From: Flavipsychrobacter sp.
GTDB lineage: Bacteria > Bacteroidota > Bacteroidia > Chitinophagales > Chitinophagaceae
Reading direction: 5' to 3'
Length of the DNA: 64,000 nt
NCBI GenBank assembly: GCA_965228505.1
Contig: OZ245820.1
Coordinates: 2,681,336-2,745,335 of the forward strand
Positions 30,260-39,236 of the stretch are shown here, piece by piece (positions within the stretch are counted from its first letter, which is position 1; the number at the start of each line of letters is the position of its first letter). Below the pieces are notes generated by a model that made no database searches, was not told the origin of the DNA, and was given only the letters and a program-made list of their open reading frames with translations. Made by a program: the position numbers and the translations under genes.

Positions 30260-30279
30260 CCGTCCCTGAAAAGGGAAAC

Positions 30280-30350
30280 AGTCCGATGGTGTAACGGTAG
30301 CACTACAGTTTTTGGTACTGTCTGTCTTGGTTCGAATCCAGGTCGGACTG
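30280..30350 (+). tRNA. tRNA-Gln (anticodon UUG)
   Basis: Hand-folded 71-nt cloverleaf:
- acceptor AGTCCGA/TCGGACT (7 bp)
- D stem GTGT/GCAC
- anticodon stem ACAGT/ACTGT with loop TTTTGGT (anticodon TTG)
- T arm CTTGG-TTCGAAT-CCAGG
- discriminator G, no encoded CCA. Confidence 0.85.
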
Positions 30351-30363
30351 CTTTAACAACAAG

Positions 30364-30400
30364 AAACGCTTTGTAAATCAATAGTTTATGAAGCGTTTTT
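30364..30400 (+). terminator. hairpin terminator after tRNA-Gln (island-derived side of attL)
   Basis: AAACGCTT (30364-30371) pairs with AAGCGTTT (30391-30398), followed by TTTTCTTTTT. Confidence 0.5.
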
Positions 30401-30467
30401 CTTTTTAGGGTACTGTATAGGGTACTACTTTTCTATAATTGCCTCTTTAGGGACTGTAAAAACTAAA

Positions 30468-31088
30468 CTATGTTTTACTCTTCATTAGTTTCTGCAATCT
30501 TACTGGCATAGCAAACAAGCTCCAGCGCAATTGATCGGCTTCATATTGCTCTTGTAGTTTCTTATCGTATAACAATGCTCTTTTTGTAGGCTTTCCCTTA
30601 TAGGTAGATGTACGCCTTTTATTACGCATCTCTTCCAGTTCCCTGTCTAACCTCCAATACTTATCATTAAACCTGCCTTTGTGAGAAGACAATTGCGAAC
30701 TGTAATATATTCTATTCTGATACGCATTTCTACTTTTCCAAATATCACAGCCGTATGCTTTGTATAATATCCTGCACCTTTTATCAGTAACAGGACAAAG
30801 GAAATAATAAACTTCTCCCTTGCCTAAGTTAGACGGTACTGATACCAATTGTACTTTATAGTCGTACTGTTCTTTATGCCCTTTACTATCAGTTGTTACA
30901 TAGCTGAGCCTGATATAACTATTTGCCCCTTCTAAATTGGCTACAATGCCAATACTACAACCTGAAGACCATGAATATTGTGAATGAGTAACAAAGCCTT
31001 TTTTAATGACTCCATTTGCTTGCAGTTCCTTTAGTTCTATTCTTTTAACCTCTCTTGTTGTAACAATTCCTGTCGTATAACGTCCCAT
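30468..31088 (-). CDS. hypothetical basic protein, fourth gene of the hsdMSR transcription unit
   Basis: 206 aa, co-oriented 42 nt downstream of hsdR. It has a Cys cluster YYFLCPVTDKRCRILYKAYGCD and a Lys/Arg-rich C-terminal half. I recognise no family. Confidence 0.5.
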   Translation of the reverse strand: MGRYTTGIVTTREVKRIELKELQANGVIKKGFVTHSQYSWSSGCSIGIVANLEGANSYIRLSYVTTDSKGHKEQYDYKVQLVSVPSNLGKGEVYYFLCPVTDKRCRILYKAYGCDIWKSRNAYQNRIYYSSQLSSHKGRFNDKYWRLDRELEEMRNKRRTSTYKGKPTKRALLYDKKLQEQYEADQLRWSLFAMPVRLQKLMKSKT

Positions 31089-31130
31089 ACTTAATAATTC
31101 TATATAAAGTTACTAAGTATTTAAAAAACG

Positions 31131-33986
31131 CTACTCTCCTCCCATGTTATTAATAAAGGTTTCAACAAAGTTCAACATCTTGTTTTTTATCCTTTCGGCT
31201 ATTGTTTTGCGTTCTCTGATACTCGGCTGTCCTTCATTACGTGCGCTTAATATATCATCCCTTAACGGTACGCGTTGTTCATAGGTATAACGCTCAATTA
31301 ACTCCTCCAGCCTTTTGCCGTCAAGGTTCTCTTCCTGTACTATAGCGTCAAAAGCCTTTTCCTGCTCAGCACTCCAGTATTTACTAAACTCCTCAGCTAC
31401 TTCATTACCGTCTTCAATACGTGGCATATTCTCCAGAATAAAGCGTTCTATGAGTTCCTTCTTGCTTCTTAACTGTGCTTCGCCACCTAACAGGTTTATA
31501 ATGTTCTTTCTTTGGTTTTCGTAATCCTCTCCCTCAGCATCTTTCATCTTAGCCAATAACTGTAGTATGTAATCTACATTTATCTCATCCCTATGTAATA
31601 GCTCCAGTGCAAAATCTACATCGTTGAGTATAGACTCCTTCTCTTTATCTCCTCCAGTTCTTACCTCATCATACAGATCAAGATATTTACTTCTATAGTC
31701 GGCAAATTCCTGTGCAGTCATATCCGTATCATCAAACTCAAAATCAACAAAGCAATCCAGCGTATTCTTTAGCCTCATTAAGTTTCTAAATGCCTGAGCA
31801 AACTCAAATTTTTCATTTTCTCCATGTAGGTCACTTACACTATCTACAGTTGGCACTATACTTTTAAGGTTGGCTACGGCTTCATTAAACTGCCTTATAT
31901 AGTCCTCATATGGCTCTAAGAAAATAACCTCTTTAGCATCTTTATTAGCAAATAAGGCTACAGCTTCATCCGTTAGGTCTTTCAGGTTTCTGAATACAAC
32001 TATATTGCCCTGACTCTTTTGCTCGTTCAATATTCTGTTAGTACGGCTATAGGCTTGTATCAGCCCGTGATACTTGAGATTCTTATCTACATAAAGTGTA
32101 TTCAGGTGCTTACTATCATAGCCCGTTAAGAACATATTTACTACCAGCAAAATATCAATCTCTTTATTCTTTACCCGCTTACCTATATCCTGATAGTATT
32201 TGTAAAATGCTTTACTGTCTTTAAGTGAGTGGCTGGTACTGAACATTTTGTTGTAGTCGGCTATATAGCTCTCCAGCTTCTCCCTGCTTTGCATATTTAC
32301 CGTTCCTGTAGCTTCCAGCTCATCTTCAAGCGTGCCGTTTGCGTCCTTATCCTCTTCATTCACATTGTATGAGAATATGGTAGCAATTTTCAGATTATGT
32401 TTTCCTGCTTCTTTTTTGGCTTTAAACAGGTCGTAATACTTCGCTATAATATCTATACCACTTACGCAAAATATGGCTGTAAACTCCCTGCTATGCGTTT
32501 TACGGTCATGGTTGGCAATGATGTAATCAACTATAGCCTCCAGCCTTTTAGGGGACTCCATCAACTCTTTTACATCTATGTCGTTTACGGGTATATCTAG
32601 ATCATTCTTACTGTCTTCTTTCTGCTTATACCTGCCTACATACTCCACACTGAACTTCAATACATTACCATCATTAATAGCATCTGTAATTACATACTTG
32701 TGCAGGCAATCGCCGAACAGGTCTTTAGTGGTACGCTTGCCCAGCTCATTTTTAGAGGCATTATCGGCAAATATGGGTGTACCTGTAAAGCCGAACATCT
32801 GATAATTATTAAAGAACTCAGTTATTCGCTTATGCGTATCTCCAAACTGTGAACGGTGGCACTCATCAAATATGAATACAATACGCTTATCGCGCAATGC
32901 CTCCATACTTTTCAGGTAGTTCTTTTTACTGATAGCCGTGTTTAGCTTTTGGATCGTGGTAACTATCAGTTGTGTATCATCTGTAAATTGCTTTACCAGT
33001 GTTTTTGTATCATCTGTACTGTCAACACTGCCTTCACTAAAGCTGTTGAACTCTTTTGCAGTTTGATAATCAAGGTCTTTCCTGTCTACCACAAACACTA
33101 CCTTATGTACTTGTGGCAGTTTGGTTATTATCTGGCTGGCTTTAAAAGAGGTAAGCGTTTTACCACTACCTGTAGTATGCCATATATAGCCGTTTTCAGT
33201 ACTGTTCTTTACCTTATCAATTATTGCTTCTACAGCGTTGTATTGATACGGGCGTAGTATCATTAGCTTTTTATCCGTCTCAGCTAATACGATATACTTG
33301 CATATCATTTTAGAGACATGGCAAGGCTCTAAGAATACCTTTGCAAACTCCTCAAGGTTCGTGATCTTTCTATTGTCTTTATCAGCCCAGAAAAAGGTTT
33401 GTTGAAAGGTCTCTTTATTCTTTTGGTTGGCTAGTAAGTTATTAGCGTAATACTTAGTATTGACACCGTTACTGATAACGAATATTTGTACATACTGAAA
33501 CAAGCCCTTGCCTGAACTGTAGGAATCTCTATGATAACGGTTGATCTGGTGAAATGCCTCTTTCATCTCCAAGCCTCTACGCTTTAGCTCTATCTGTACC
33601 AGTGGCAGCCCGTTAATGAGTATCGTAACATCATACCTGTTTTCGCGCTTGCCTGTCATGGTAATTTGCTGAGCTACCTGAAACTCATTCTGACACCAAT
33701 ACTCAAGGTTTAAGAACTCTATATACTGAGGCTTGCCCTCATCATTCGTAAACTGAAATTTATCGCGCAATAGCTTTGCCCTGTCAAATACACTGCCCTG
33801 ATTTAAGTGGTTGAGTATTTTGGCAAACTCATCATCACTAAAGGTGACATTATTATGCTTTTCTAGCTGCTTCTTTAAGTTGGCTAAAAGCTCCGCTTCA
33901 TCTTTTATAATTACCCGCTCATGGTTCAGCTCTTGCAATTGCTTTACAAGATTGCTCTCAAGTACTTGTTCAGGTTGTGTGGTCAT
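31131..33986 (-). CDS. hsdR: Type I restriction enzyme R subunit
   Basis: 951 aa with an N-terminal HsdR_N nuclease region, helicase motif I (TTGSGKT), motif II (FDECHRSQ) and a long helical C-terminal domain. Confidence 0.9.
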   Translation of the reverse strand: MTTQPEQVLESNLVKQLQELNHERVIIKDEAELLANLKKQLEKHNNVTFSDDEFAKILNHLNQGSVFDRAKLLRDKFQFTNDEGKPQYIEFLNLEYWCQNEFQVAQQITMTGKRENRYDVTILINGLPLVQIELKRRGLEMKEAFHQINRYHRDSYSSGKGLFQYVQIFVISNGVNTKYYANNLLANQKNKETFQQTFFWADKDNRKITNLEEFAKVFLEPCHVSKMICKYIVLAETDKKLMILRPYQYNAVEAIIDKVKNSTENGYIWHTTGSGKTLTSFKASQIITKLPQVHKVVFVVDRKDLDYQTAKEFNSFSEGSVDSTDDTKTLVKQFTDDTQLIVTTIQKLNTAISKKNYLKSMEALRDKRIVFIFDECHRSQFGDTHKRITEFFNNYQMFGFTGTPIFADNASKNELGKRTTKDLFGDCLHKYVITDAINDGNVLKFSVEYVGRYKQKEDSKNDLDIPVNDIDVKELMESPKRLEAIVDYIIANHDRKTHSREFTAIFCVSGIDIIAKYYDLFKAKKEAGKHNLKIATIFSYNVNEEDKDANGTLEDELEATGTVNMQSREKLESYIADYNKMFSTSHSLKDSKAFYKYYQDIGKRVKNKEIDILLVVNMFLTGYDSKHLNTLYVDKNLKYHGLIQAYSRTNRILNEQKSQGNIVVFRNLKDLTDEAVALFANKDAKEVIFLEPYEDYIRQFNEAVANLKSIVPTVDSVSDLHGENEKFEFAQAFRNLMRLKNTLDCFVDFEFDDTDMTAQEFADYRSKYLDLYDEVRTGGDKEKESILNDVDFALELLHRDEINVDYILQLLAKMKDAEGEDYENQRKNIINLLGGEAQLRSKKELIERFILENMPRIEDGNEVAEEFSKYWSAEQEKAFDAIVQEENLDGKRLEELIERYTYEQRVPLRDDILSARNEGQPSIRERKTIAERIKNKMLNFVETFINNMGGE

Positions 33987-34021
33987 AGTTGGTACAATTT
34001 ATTTATACACCTGCCCCGCAC

Positions 34022-35260
34022 CTATGCGGGAAACATTTGCTGTAATAAGCCTTTTTTAAACTCCTTACTTTGCTCCAGTTCTTTGTTTAGCACTATTATT
34101 TTATCATCTATACTGCTTAGATAATCAGCTATTTTTTGTTGTTCAGCTTTTGAAGGAATGGTAATATTTATATCCTCTAGGTATCTATAATATAAATTCG
34201 AAACATTTCCACCCTCTACCATTCGTGCAAATTGCTTTGATAGTGTATTAAAATAGTAACTTATGTATAACCCATTTTCACCAGTATTAAAAACTGAAAT
34301 CATTTCACCAATTGCTATGTCTTTAAATGGCAAAAAACTACATTTTGCAAAATCTTTTGGATCTTCACCAACACGCGGTACTAATACCTCTCCACCTTTA
34401 CTGAACCGTAGATTTTCAGGCTCAATATTAGTATAGGAGTATATTTTATCTACTATAGTATTAAATTTTGTATACAATTCTCCATATCTAACGCATGGCG
34501 TTTTAGCATCCTCAGATATAGACCATTTTGGAGCACTTTTACCATAATAGAAGTACCCTATATCTTTTATTGCTTTCTCCTCCCAATCAGGATAGTTATT
34601 ACCGTTATCATCCCCCGCTTTCTTCGGGGCAGGTTTAAAGCGTATTTGCTGGCTAAAGAGTTGTTGCATTACTCCTTTTTTGTATTGCTCCAGCAGTTCT
34701 TTTTTTCTACTCAGTTTTTGAATACGCTCATCCACAGCCGTTAAAAAATCAGCTATCTTTTGTTGTTCAGATTTGGTGGGTAATGGAATCGTAATCTTGT
34801 AAAAATCTCCATGATTTAAATCTGGTATAGTAGAAGTTCCCGCTAACCTTAATATTAAGTTTTGAACTTTGGTAGATACTAAATAATAATACAAAAATCC
34901 TTTTTCTACAATCTCTCTATTGTAGTCTATCTTAAAGAAGTTATTGTGAAAAGCACCAGTTACATTAGTTACTACCATGCCTGTATTGCCAGTTCTAGTC
35001 ATTAATATATCTTCCTCATCACATAGTACAGAACTAGTAGGGTTTTTAATATAATATTTGGCTTTAGAATTCTCTTTCAAAAACTCATTTGTTATATAAA
35101 AGTATGCTCCTTCTTCAGGTTCTTTAAGCCTATCAGCAATAGCAATCTGTAAGCCTTGGTTGATTTTTGAAATGTCCCTCATAGTTTTGAGTACCCATCC
35201 ATCATTAAACTCAGGAAAGCGCAAAGCAGGCAGGTTCTTTTTTTTCTGTTCTAAAATCAT
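34022..35260 (-). CDS. hsdS: Type I restriction enzyme S (specificity) subunit
   Basis: 412 aa with two target-recognition domains. Each is followed by a conserved helix (PLPTKSEQQKIADFLTAVDERI and IPSKAEQQKIADYLSSIDDKI). Confidence 0.9.
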   Translation of the reverse strand: MILEQKKKNLPALRFPEFNDGWVLKTMRDISKINQGLQIAIADRLKEPEEGAYFYITNEFLKENSKAKYYIKNPTSSVLCDEEDILMTRTGNTGMVVTNVTGAFHNNFFKIDYNREIVEKGFLYYYLVSTKVQNLILRLAGTSTIPDLNHGDFYKITIPLPTKSEQQKIADFLTAVDERIQKLSRKKELLEQYKKGVMQQLFSQQIRFKPAPKKAGDDNGNNYPDWEEKAIKDIGYFYYGKSAPKWSISEDAKTPCVRYGELYTKFNTIVDKIYSYTNIEPENLRFSKGGEVLVPRVGEDPKDFAKCSFLPFKDIAIGEMISVFNTGENGLYISYYFNTLSKQFARMVEGGNVSNLYYRYLEDINITIPSKAEQQKIADYLSSIDDKIIVLNKELEQSKEFKKGLLQQMFPA

Positions 35261-35263
35261 AGC

Positions 35264-36868
35264 TTAAAATGGTGTAGGTATGTTTAGTTGTTGGCAATAG
35301 TCGGCTATTCGCTTATCCGTTTCAGCTATGTCCTGCTCCAGTGCTTTCAGCTCATTGGCTACAGCTTCTATATCAACAGGCTCTTCCTCTTCAAAGGTGT
35401 CTACATAGCGCGGTATATTCAGGTTGTAGTCGTTTTCTTTCACCTCTTCCAGCGTAGCTACATAGCTGTATTTGTCTTCTGCTTTACGCTCTGTATAGGT
35501 GTCTATTATCTTGCTAATGTCTTCTTTGCGTAGCCTGTTTTGCTTGCCCACTTTCTCAAAATGGTTGCTGCTATCTATAAAGAGTATATCGTTAGGGTGT
35601 TCTTTACACTTCTTAAATACCAGTATGCAGGTAGGTATACTTGTACCATAAAACATATTGGCTGGCAGCCCTATTACAGCATCTAAATAATTGCGCTCTT
35701 CAATAAGGTATTGTCTTATTTGCGCTTCTGCTCCTCCTCTAAACAATACACCATGAGGCAATACTATTGCCATAATACCATTCTCGGCAAGCTGGTATAT
35801 CATATGTTGCACAAAGGCAAAATCGGCTGCACTTTTAGGTGCAAGCCTGCCATACTGGCTAAACCTGTCATCGGTATTAAACAGGCTCTTAGCACTCCAT
35901 TTGGCACTAAACGGGGGGTTAGCTACAATAGCCTCAAAACGCTCTTCAAGGTGTGCAGGGTGTTCCAGTGTATCATCTTGCCTGATGTCAAACTTGCTAA
36001 AGTGTACATCGTGCAATATCATGTTCATACGGGCTAAGTTGTAGGTTGTACGGTTCAGCTCTTGCCCGTAATAGTTGGCTACTTCTACCTCCTTACCTAT
36101 CCTTAATAGCAAAGAGCCACTACCACAGGTAGGATCATATGCACTCAGTATCTGCTTTTTGCCATTGGTCACCAATTTTGCCAATACCGTACTCACTGGC
36201 TGAGGTGTATAAAATTCACCAGCTTTTTTGCCTGCACCACTGGCAAACTTTCCAATCAGGTATTCATAGGCATCACCTAATATATCAGCATCGGTATCAC
36301 CCAGCTTAAAATCAATATTATTGAGGTGTGCCAGTATTTTGGCTATTAGCTTGTTTTTATCCTGCTCTGAGCGTCCTAATTTGGTACTGGTAAGGTCTAG
36401 GTCTTCAAAGAGCTTATTAAAGTCCTGTTCGCTCTCTGTACCCATTGTACTATTCTCAATATTGTTGAGTATAGCCGTAAGGTCTTCCAGTATAAAATTG
36501 CTTTTGGCTTCGCCGTGTGTATGTTCATCTTCCTGCTCCTCCTCTTCAACATTAGCACCTCCCTTTGCAGCAATAGCCCCAAACAACTCAGACGGGCGTA
36601 AGAAGTAACCCAACTTTAGCAAAGCATCTTCTTTTACATGCTCAATTATCTCCTCACCGTCTTCAGTCTTCTCTTGTATCTCTTCATATTTAATACCATC
36701 ATTTTTAAGTATCTCATTTGCATAAAGTGCAAACTTCTCAGACAGGTATTTGTAGAATATAAATCCGAGTGCATAATCTCTGAACTCATCCGCGTTCATT
36801 CTGCCTCTTAGTGTATCGGCAATGTTCCAAAGTTGCTGCTCTAGCTTCCTTTTTTGCTCTTCTGACAT
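35264..36868 (-). CDS. hsdM: Type I R-M N6-adenine DNA methyltransferase M subunit
   Basis: 534 aa with an HsdM_N region, SAM motif DPTCGSGSLL and catalytic NPPF (IVANPPFSAKW). Confidence 0.9.
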   Translation of the reverse strand: MSEEQKRKLEQQLWNIADTLRGRMNADEFRDYALGFIFYKYLSEKFALYANEILKNDGIKYEEIQEKTEDGEEIIEHVKEDALLKLGYFLRPSELFGAIAAKGGANVEEEEQEDEHTHGEAKSNFILEDLTAILNNIENSTMGTESEQDFNKLFEDLDLTSTKLGRSEQDKNKLIAKILAHLNNIDFKLGDTDADILGDAYEYLIGKFASGAGKKAGEFYTPQPVSTVLAKLVTNGKKQILSAYDPTCGSGSLLLRIGKEVEVANYYGQELNRTTYNLARMNMILHDVHFSKFDIRQDDTLEHPAHLEERFEAIVANPPFSAKWSAKSLFNTDDRFSQYGRLAPKSAADFAFVQHMIYQLAENGIMAIVLPHGVLFRGGAEAQIRQYLIEERNYLDAVIGLPANMFYGTSIPTCILVFKKCKEHPNDILFIDSSNHFEKVGKQNRLRKEDISKIIDTYTERKAEDKYSYVATLEEVKENDYNLNIPRYVDTFEEEEPVDIEAVANELKALEQDIAETDKRIADYCQQLNIPTPF

Positions 36869-36940
36869 AGGTTTTTATTAATGGGCATTAAAATACAAAA
36901 AGGAAAGATTTAGTATATAGGGTGAAAACACCCTTTCAGA

Positions 36941-36970
36941 AATAACCTAAATCCTTAGGGATTAGAGCCA
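36941..36970. repeat. repeat family C, copy 1 (inside the R-M island)
   Basis: AATAACCTAAATCCTTAGGGATTAGAGCCA matches 41710-41739 at 29 of 30 positions. Looser similarity continues ~10 nt on each side. Confidence 0.8.
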
Positions 36971-37146
36971 ATTAATGGTTTTAGAGCAATCCCCCCTCGC
37001 GCGCGCGTACTGGTTGTAAAACTCCAGCTATATGCTGAGAATTGTTAACATTTTCGCGCGTATGATGTCAGGTTTTATCAGGTTCATTACAACTATAAAT
37101 TTTATAAGTTTTCACAGTATACCTTAAGTGTGAAAAGCTATAAAAA

Positions 37147-38022
37147 TCAGCTTTCAATTAGTTCAATACTCTTTGCCTCAAACAAGGCTTTAAGAGCCTC
37201 CATATGGTCACATCTCCCCACATTTCTTACTATACCCTTAAAACGCTTAATACTGGCAAAATGAGCCTGTTTTTTACATTTCTTAATCTTTGCCCATTCC
37301 CTCGGATTGCTCCACTTATCATACACTTTCTTATCACAATTATTTAAGCTACTAGTATAAAGGCTGCTATCATCAAACACAAACCCATCAAAATAGTCTT
37401 TTAGCTTTTTCATTAATGCCAGCAAATTGCCTTTTACTGTAAGGTCTGCTAATGACTTTACACCACAGTCAGCAAAAAACCTTTGCTTCAGTCCTTTAAG
37501 CTCATATCTTAATATGTTCCTGTCTGATATATGGTACTGTTTTGCCTTATCATAAAGCTTTACCACATAATCGGTGTGCTTGTATTGTGTATAGTAGCCT
37601 GTTTTACTGTCTATAGGCACAGATGGCAATTTGCATTTATAGCAGATCACATCTTTAATAATCGCCTCAGCCGGCATTGCAGTATTTACATTTAACCCAA
37701 ACTCAAGGTTATGAATGTGCATGTTATATGGCTCAATACCTGTAAAGCAAGAAAGAATACTAATAGCTTTACAAAGCTCAGAAAAAGTAAAATCCGTATG
37801 GTTATGCCCTCTATGATAAAGCTTATGAAGACTACCTTCAATAATCATATACCGTTCAGACTTAACAACAAAATCAAAGCCATTCCATTGCCCTCTAATA
37901 GGATACTCATTCACCTCACCTGTATCAATATTTGACGTAACAGATAATATACTTCCAGCCCTCTCAATAAACTGTGAAATATCCTGCTTTAAGGTGACTG
38001 ATATTTTCAACCAGTCAACCAT
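37147..38022 (-). CDS. putative replication-initiation protein (phage/plasmid gene II/X-like)
   Basis: 291 aa. The N-terminus MVDWLKISV and ...IIEGSLHKLYHRGHNHTDF... resemble, from memory, the MIDWL... / G.p.K...GHN..G pattern of rolling-circle Rep proteins. Weak and unsearched. Confidence 0.35.
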   Translation of the reverse strand: MVDWLKISVTLKQDISQFIERAGSILSVTSNIDTGEVNEYPIRGQWNGFDFVVKSERYMIIEGSLHKLYHRGHNHTDFTFSELCKAISILSCFTGIEPYNMHIHNLEFGLNVNTAMPAEAIIKDVICYKCKLPSVPIDSKTGYYTQYKHTDYVVKLYDKAKQYHISDRNILRYELKGLKQRFFADCGVKSLADLTVKGNLLALMKKLKDYFDGFVFDDSSLYTSSLNNCDKKVYDKWSNPREWAKIKKCKKQAHFASIKRFKGIVRNVGRCDHMEALKALFEAKSIELIES

Positions 38023-38121
38023 TTACCGTACCTTTATACCAGTGAACGATTAGAGGTAACACTCTTATTGTTTGCAATTGTTGAACACAATAGAAAGGGA
38101 TAAGCCGCAATCTTATCCCTT

Positions 38122-38451
38122 TCACTTTTTATTGTTCTTTGCGCTGCCAATCTCTGAAAGAGCCTGCTCAACATCCTTCCTCCAATACCTCACTCTAGTG
38201 CCTACAGTACGCCCCTTCACGGTCTTGTTAAGCGTCCATTTGTGCAAGGTAGGCAAAGACACTCCTAATATCTTAGCTGCCTGTTTACGCGTCAATAACT
38301 CATCCTGCTTATCAGTATTTGTGTCTACTGATCTAGTTATTAAACTTACTCCTTCCTGAAATTCTGCTTTTACCGTTTCGGCTACTACTTGTCTTAATTG
38401 TTCTTCTGTTAGTACTATTAACTGTTGCATACTATATGTATTTGTATGCAA
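38122..38451 (-). CDS. excisionase-family helix-turn-helix DNA-binding protein
   Basis: 109 aa with the segment LLTRKQAAKILGVSLPTLHKWTLNKTVKGRTVGTRVRYWRKDVEQAL, typical of MerR/Xis-type HTH_17 domains. Confidence 0.6.
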   Translation of the reverse strand: MHTNTYSMQQLIVLTEEQLRQVVAETVKAEFQEGVSLITRSVDTNTDKQDELLTRKQAAKILGVSLPTLHKWTLNKTVKGRTVGTRVRYWRKDVEQALSEIGSAKNNKK

Positions 38452-38484
38452 GTTGGCGGGATTTTATTGTATTTGTTTTCGGAC

Positions 38485-38500
38485 TACTTTCGCGAAAGTA
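38485..38500. promoter_or_regulatory. perfect 16-nt palindrome upstream of the Xis-like gene (candidate operator)
   Basis: TACTTTCGCGAAAGTA equals its own reverse complement. It lies 34 nt upstream of the start at 38451 and is preceded by TCGGACT (38479-38485), the same heptamer as the tRNA acceptor 3' strand. Confidence 0.35.
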
Positions 38501-38507
38501 AATTTTC

Positions 38508-39236
38508 CTATTTCAAACTGTCTTTAAAGGGAATTTTAAACCTAGCTCTATTACTAGGGGATAATGAATTTTGTCTTTCGCTTATCTCCTTTTCTATAGT
38601 AGCCTTTTTAGCAACTATATCAAAATGCTGTAATAATAATTCAGTGTCTTTTCTTAATGAGTTACTAGGCTTTTCAATATAGCCCTTACCTATTAGCTCC
38701 TGTATAATAAAACCGAACTGTGCAGGCGTGCCAAGCCATTTGAGTTTATTTGTTGTATTAAGTAATCCTATTTCCTGATACCCTATGTCTTGCTTCTCTA
38801 TTCTTAGCGTTCTAGAGTCTAATTTTAATGATTCCTGTAAATAGTAAAAATCAACATCAAATTGTAGGCAAATCAAATAAATGTTATTAATTAAGTCTTC
38901 TCGAAGGCAGTAAAGTCTAAATAATACTTCCTGCTCTTTGGTCATTTTTTCAAAATCAAATTTACCCCTATCATATGCCTCTAGAGTTTGTTTATTTTCT
39001 TCAAGAATATATTTTACACCGTATGTTATTATGCTTAAAACCTCATGTATATATGCTCTTGTTTTAGTTTCATCTAGTTGAAATAAGTTTTGTTTGATTT
39101 CATTTAACAGCAATCTAAATGTTGTATTTTCAAACTCTGCACTTAACACTTCCTCGTTGCAATCTAAATCATCTTCGCTATTTCCAGTTAAACACTCAAT
39201 AATAGTTTTTAACCTTTCTAGTTGTTCAAATCTCAT
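38508..39236 (-). CDS. hypothetical regulatory protein (RteC-like C-terminal region)
   Basis: 242 aa. The C-terminal NKLKWLGTPAQFGFIIQELIGKGYIEKP...LLLQHFDI resembles, from memory, the RteC C-terminal pattern of Bacteroidota integrative elements. It overlaps the integrase gene's stop codon by 4 nt. Confidence 0.3.
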   Translation of the reverse strand: MRFEQLERLKTIIECLTGNSEDDLDCNEEVLSAEFENTTFRLLLNEIKQNLFQLDETKTRAYIHEVLSIITYGVKYILEENKQTLEAYDRGKFDFEKMTKEQEVLFRLYCLREDLINNIYLICLQFDVDFYYLQESLKLDSRTLRIEKQDIGYQEIGLLNTTNKLKWLGTPAQFGFIIQELIGKGYIEKPSNSLRKDTELLLQHFDIVAKKATIEKEISERQNSLSPSNRARFKIPFKDSLK

